Source: Clostridia bacterium
Lineage (GTDB): Bacteria; Bacillota; Clostridia; UBA1212; UBA1255
Assembly: GCA_016287565.1 (NCBI GenBank)
Contig: JAEFAM010000001.1
Coordinates: 6,947 to 70,946, forward strand
Direction of reading: 5' to 3'
DNA length: 64,000 bases
A program made the translations under genes and the position numbers. Shown piece after piece: positions 60,027 to 64,000 of this stretch. Position 1 is the stretch's first letter. Every line of letters begins with the position of its first letter. The notes under the pieces are model-generated. The model saw nothing but the letters and a program-made list of their open reading frames with translations, was not told where the DNA came from and made no database searches.

Positions 60027-61865
60027 TTACAGGTTTATCGGCACCGCGGTGCGCACTTTTTCCATATCCGGGATCGAATTAGCCGCTCCCGCCACGGTGA
60101 CGGACAGCCCCGCCGCCTTGCTGGCCTGTTCCATGCAATCGTAAATATCCAGCCCTTCCGCCAGTCCCGCCAGGAAAAAGCCGGTGAACGTGTCTCCCGC
60201 GCCGGTGGTATCCACACGTTTTCCGTAATCGAAAGTCCCGCAGAAGGTCTTTTTGCCGTCGGCCAGGCACAATGCGCCGTGTTTTCCCAGCGTCATCACG
60301 ATAGAGGCGTTGGGATATTTCGCTTTCAATGCGTCAATGACCTCTTCGGGGTCTTTTTTCTCGGCCTTTTCGCCGCTTTTTCCGTCCCCGGCGATCCCCG
60401 CCAGCGTCTCCGCCTCGCCCTGGTTGACGATCATCCAGTCCAGCAGCGCCAGGCCGTCGTACGCCGTCAATTCCGCCGTTATGGGAGAGGGGTTCAGCAC
60501 CGTCGTCATGCCCTTCTCGTGCGCCCTGTGGATAAGATAATTGACGTTGGATATCTCGTTCTGGAGCAGCAGCATGTCGCCGGGCCCGAAAGCAGAGAGC
60601 GTCTCGTCGATCTCCTCCGTGGTGATGCGCGTGTTGGTGCCGCCATATATAAGGATGCAGTTTTCGCCGGAATCCACCACCTGAATGATGGCGTGGCCCG
60701 TGGGAACATCCGGATCGATGCGCAGGAATTTGCAATTTACGCCCACGTTTTCCAGGAAGTTTTTAAGGTCAATGCCGTCGGCGCCGATCTTGCCGCCGTG
60801 AAACACCCCCGCGCCCGCTCTGGCCAGGGCAACCGACTGGTTGAGCCCCTTGCCGCCGGTGTGTATCTGGCAATCGGTTGCGGAAAGCGTCTCTCCCGCT
60901 TTCACAAAGGCAGGCATCTGGTAAACGTGGTCGATGTTCAGCGAACCGTAATTCAATATTTTCATAGTCTTTTCCTCCTTCGGGGCTTTGCCGGGGCCCT
61001 TTTCCGGTTCCCGGCGGCGCTGACGTCCGTCGTCCGGCGCTTTTTCTCCGATCTCCGCCCGGATCAGCACGGGGCAGTGGTCGCTCAATATCAGCGCCTC
61101 TTCATCCGATATCACTTGATATTCTTTGACCGCGGCGCTGCCTTTAACGACGATATGGTCGATGGACCGGCGGTTGTTCTTTTTCGGAGGCGGCGCAGGG
61201 ATATATTTGCCCGTTTCCGCGTCGTATGTGGGGTTCTTATGGTGGGTGCGCACGAAATTGATCCTGTTTTCCGCCAGAAGAGAGGCGCAGCGCACGTTTG
61301 CGCCGTTCAGGACGAGGAAAGGTTCCGAATCCACGTCGCAGTTGAAATCTCCTCCGCAGAAGCCGGGGACGCCGCCTTCGCAGAGGCGGGAGAAGCAGCC
61401 CAGCAGTTCCCGGGCGTTGGAGACACGGGCGGAATTGCCCTCGTCGTTCTGGGCGAAATAGAAGTGGGTGGACATGGCGGCGAAGGAGATGCCGGAGGCT
61501 TTGTCCCGGAGCAGCGCGCCGCTGACCGACTTGGAACTGTAATCGTTGGGCCCCTGATAGAGCAGGAACAGGTTTTTCTCTTCCGTGAAGCGGTCCTTGC
61601 GGTAGGCCAGGGGAGTGTAGTTCAAGGGGTTTCCGTTCAGGTCGGGCAGGCTCAGCACGTAACTGTTTTTCTCCAGTCCCCGGGCAAGCACAGCGGACCT
61701 GTGCCAGTTCGGATGGACTTCCTGGAGCATTATCACGTCCGGAGAATAGCGCTCGATCAGCGTCACCAGGGCCTGATCCCGGTCTTTTACGGGGTTCCCG
61801 AACACGTCTGCCCAGACGTTGCTCGTCAATAACGTTATGTTGATTTTGTTAAGCTCTCTATTCAC
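60027..61865 (-). CDS. rbsK: In-frame fusion: endonuclease/exonuclease/phosphatase (EEP) domain + ribokinase
   Basis: The N-terminal 300 aa carry MLQEV, GGDFN and SDHCPV. The C-terminal 312 aa carry GGKGLNQS and TTGAGDTFTGFF. An internal AAGGAGG lies 8 nt before the ATG at 60965. There is no stop codon between the domains. Confidence 0.8.
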   Translation of the reverse strand: MNRELNKINITLLTSNVWADVFGNPVKDRDQALVTLIERYSPDVIMLQEVHPNWHRSAVLARGLEKNSYVLSLPDLNGNPLNYTPLAYRKDRFTEEKNLFLLYQGPNDYSSKSVSGALLRDKASGISFAAMSTHFYFAQNDEGNSARVSNARELLGCFSRLCEGGVPGFCGGDFNCDVDSEPFLVLNGANVRCASLLAENRINFVRTHHKNPTYDAETGKYIPAPPPKKNNRRSIDHIVVKGSAAVKEYQVISDEEALILSDHCPVLIRAEIGEKAPDDGRQRRREPEKGPGKAPKEEKTMKILNYGSLNIDHVYQMPAFVKAGETLSATDCQIHTGGKGLNQSVALARAGAGVFHGGKIGADGIDLKNFLENVGVNCKFLRIDPDVPTGHAIIQVVDSGENCILIYGGTNTRITTEEIDETLSAFGPGDMLLLQNEISNVNYLIHRAHEKGMTTVLNPSPITAELTAYDGLALLDWMIVNQGEAETLAGIAGDGKSGEKAEKKDPEEVIDALKAKYPNASIVMTLGKHGALCLADGKKTFCGTFDYGKRVDTTGAGDTFTGFFLAGLAEGLDIYDCMEQASKAAGLSVTVAGAANSIPDMEKVRTAVPINL

Positions 61866-61868
61866 ACG

Positions 61869-61950
61869 TTATCCCCACTTTTTCACATCTTAGCCAGGGT
61901 TTTCCACAGAGTTTTCCACAGTTTCGGGCGGTTTTCCCCAATTTTCCCCA
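61869..61950 (+). promoter_or_regulatory. Extra-origin cluster of six same-orientation DnaA-box-like 9-mers
   Basis: TTATCCCCA at 61869-61877; TTTTTCACA at 61879-61887; TTTTCCACA at 61900-61908; TTTTCCACA at 61912-61920; TTTTCCCCA at 61932-61940; TTTTCCCCA at 61942-61950. It lies in the spacer upstream of the EEP-ribokinase gene. Confidence 0.6.
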
Positions 61951-62002
61951 GGTCATTCACGCCAAATCCCGGAAAAATGCGCTTCCCGGGAGGTCCGGGG
62001 CC

Positions 62003-63271
62003 TTACCTTCCGGAGGCGAGCCAGAGGTAGACTCCGGCGGTCCAGCCCAGCATTTCAGGCGTCTCGTACTCCGACGTTACGGAAACGGCGCAGGCGGAGG
62101 CGTCGTATTTTTCCCACAAAGAGCCGGTCTTTTCGAACACGGCCCGGAGCGTGCTCACGTATTTGTCCGCCACCCGGTCCGCGTCTTCGCTAAGCCCCGC
62201 CCGGTCGAGCCCGGTGCAGGCAAAATATACGTTCGAGGGCCACATTGCCGGATAATCCCATTGAAGATACCTGGCGTTTTCTCCCCGGTATTCACAGGTG
62301 GAGACCCCGTAGGGGAGTTCCAGGCGGCGCAGCGTCTCGGCAGCTCCCCGGGCGTCTTCGGCGATGCCTGCGGCGAAGGGATAGAAGGAGGCGCAGCTCA
62401 GCACGGGGGAGAGGAAGCCTTTTTTGTAATTGTAATCGTAATAAACGCCGGTATCCGGATCCCGCATATATTTGTTGACCGCGTCGCGCCGCTTATCCGC
62501 AAGAGAACGAAGTTCGGACGCCTCCGCGCCTCGCCCCACTGCTTCAAGCATCTGCGCGGCCTTAACCTCCGCGTCATAAAGCAGGCAGTTCAGATCGATA
62601 TGGACGTATTCGTCAACGGCGAAGCGCTTCTCTCCGTCGGGGAACCGGGGCGTGAAATCCCAGCCGCTCTCGGCGATGGACAAAAGCTGATCCGCCAGCT
62701 CCGCCCCTTCGTCTGCCGTTTCATACTTCTCTCCCACCCGGTCCGCCAGCCAGGGAGCGCAGCCGTCAAGAGACTGCCTGGTGCAGTTGTTGCCGTACGC
62801 CGCCAGACCCTCGAACACGGTCCTGTCCGCCCTGAAAAAGCTCAGTTCCCTGAGTACCGCGTCAATATATTTCCGTATCACGCCCTCGTCGCCCCTGAAT
62901 TTATAAAGGTCGTACACTCCCCGGGTAAACAGCGGCGGCTGGGACCGGTCAAGCAGGTGGTTGGCGTTGGGCATATATCCCAGGTTGTCGATAAAAAACT
63001 TGATATTGTCCAGGTTGTTTTCCGCCTGGCCATCCAGCCCGGACCGCATCAGGCCCAGATTGGTAAAATAGGTGTCCCAATAGTAAAAATCCGTGAACAT
63101 CACCTTGGCGCAGGGCACCGTAAACGGTTTGGGAAGCCGCACCATGCCGTGCACCGTGTCGCCCGGGAGGCGGACCGTATTTTTCCAGTTCTCAAGAATA
63201 TAGGCGGTCACCGGATCATTCGAAGCGGCGGCGGCAGGCGTTTGGCAGTTCGCAAAATTTAGATCGCTCAT
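62003..63271 (-). CDS. Trehalase-family (GH37-like) glycoside hydrolase, cytoplasmic
   Basis: The ATG at 63271 follows GGAG; the ORF-track start at 63424 would overlap pyrI. Motifs: FTDFYYWDTYFTNLGL and WDYPAMWP. Confidence 0.72.
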   Translation of the reverse strand: MSDLNFANCQTPAAAASNDPVTAYILENWKNTVRLPGDTVHGMVRLPKPFTVPCAKVMFTDFYYWDTYFTNLGLMRSGLDGQAENNLDNIKFFIDNLGYMPNANHLLDRSQPPLFTRGVYDLYKFRGDEGVIRKYIDAVLRELSFFRADRTVFEGLAAYGNNCTRQSLDGCAPWLADRVGEKYETADEGAELADQLLSIAESGWDFTPRFPDGEKRFAVDEYVHIDLNCLLYDAEVKAAQMLEAVGRGAEASELRSLADKRRDAVNKYMRDPDTGVYYDYNYKKGFLSPVLSCASFYPFAAGIAEDARGAAETLRRLELPYGVSTCEYRGENARYLQWDYPAMWPSNVYFACTGLDRAGLSEDADRVADKYVSTLRAVFEKTGSLWEKYDASACAVSVTSEYETPEMLGWTAGVYLWLASGR

Positions 63272-63303
63272 AAGGGGGCTCCTTTCCGCAGGCGAAACGG
63301 CGC

Positions 63304-63723
63304 TCAGCCGCTCCATTTGGTCTCGCAGTAAACGCAGCGGTAGATCTTGTGCTCCCGGTCGGTGAGGCGGAAAGAATGGGCCAGTTCCTGCTCGCAGGAG
63401 GTGATGCACCGGGGGTTCTTGCACTTGATGACGTTGGTGAGGATCTCAGGCATCTCGATGGTCTTCTTCTCCACCAGTTCGCCTTTCTTGATCACGTTGA
63501 CGGTGGCGCCCGGCTCCGCAAAACCGATAATATCCACGTTGACCGGGATGTCCGCGTCGATCTTGATGATGTCCTTGCGGCCCATCTTGCGGCTGACCAC
63601 GTTTTTGATCAGCGCCACGGAAACGTCAAGTTCGTCCAGGCCCAGCAGCTCGTAGAGTTTCATGCCCTGGCCGGCGGTGATGTGGTCGATGACGATACCG
63701 TTCTGGATGGAATCTATGTTCAT
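63304..63723 (-). CDS. pyrI: Aspartate carbamoyltransferase regulatory chain
   Basis: MNIDSIQNGIVIDHI..., with the Zn-binding Cys quartet CKNPRCITSCE ... YRCVYCE. Confidence 0.93.
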   Translation of the reverse strand: MNIDSIQNGIVIDHITAGQGMKLYELLGLDELDVSVALIKNVVSRKMGRKDIIKIDADIPVNVDIIGFAEPGATVNVIKKGELVEKKTIEMPEILTNVIKCKNPRCITSCEQELAHSFRLTDREHKIYRCVYCETKWSG

Positions 63724-63793
63724 ACTAAAGTCTCCTTTTTACGTTCGTACGGTACTGGTCTGCTTTTGCGCGTCCGGCCCGGCGGCCCCGGCC

Positions 63794-64000
63794 TCAGTTC
63801 GCTTCCAGCAGCATCAGCATCAGCGCCATGCGCATATATTTGCCGTTAAGCACCTGCTTGAAATAGCAGGCACGGGGGTCATTGTCGATGGCAACGCTGA
63901 TCTCGTTGACCCGGGGGAGAGGATGGAGCACGGACATGTCGGGCCCCGCCAGCCGCATCTTGTCCGGCGTCAATATATAGCTGTCCTTCAGCCTCAGATA
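63794..64000 (-). CDS. pyrB: Aspartate carbamoyltransferase catalytic chain, C-terminal 68 codons (rest outside window)
   Basis: Hand translation gives ...[47 protein letters not shown]. It has the HPLPR motif and lies upstream of pyrI. Confidence 0.88.
   Translation of the reverse strand, partial: YLRLKDSYILTPDKMRLAGPDMSVLHPLPRVNEISVAIDNDPRACYFKQVLNGKYMRMALMLMLLEAN

Overview
GC-rich, Firmicutes/Clostridia-type chromosomal segment centred on the replication origin. No single compelling novel multi-gene system was found. The left arm, about 11.6-36.2 kb, is all on the minus strand: mrdA-mreDCB-radC, fhs, ogg, two uncharacterised genes, gyrA, a Noc-like ParB paralogue, rsmG-mnmG-mnmE-jag-yidC-yidD-rnpA-rpmH, then a GT4-GT4-UPF0104 glycolipid-type operon. 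The right arm, 37.2-53.6 kb, is all on the plus strand: dnaA-dnaN-recF-remB-gyrB, soj-spo0J, DUF4446, serS, pth, mfd, pckG. The origin is bipartite. Two inverted consensus DnaA boxes lie upstream of dnaA. Seven boxes, a run of DnaA-trios and an AT-rich stretch lie between dnaA and dnaN. The window edges carry a plus-strand block (degenerate yhaO/yhaN-like pair, pgi, MoxR-DUF58-transglutaminase, CotH lipoprotein) and mixed metabolic genes (PrsA-like, NYN, mnmA, SIS/BadF kinase, EEP-ribokinase fusion, trehalase-like, pyrI, pyrB fragment). I saw no rRNA, tRNA, CRISPR array, transposase, integrase or phage genes, so this is mostly core genome. The observations most worth a second look are cis-elements and gene-order or architecture oddities. 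They include a perfect Noc-binding-site palindrome with NBS-like sites and a Noc-like paralogue, and two perfect parS sites. A second cluster of six same-orientation DnaA-box-like 9-mers lies about 23 kb from oriC. Gene order fits one origin-spanning inversion that separates gyrA from gyrB. There is a 24-unit heptamer repeat array upstream of moxR, and two repeat/hairpin-rich spacers at 36.4-36.8 kb and 56.4-56.9 kb. An in-frame EEP-ribokinase fusion keeps an internal Shine-Dalgarno (SD) sequence. All coordinates, motif matches and mismatch counts were obtained by eye; no database search was run.
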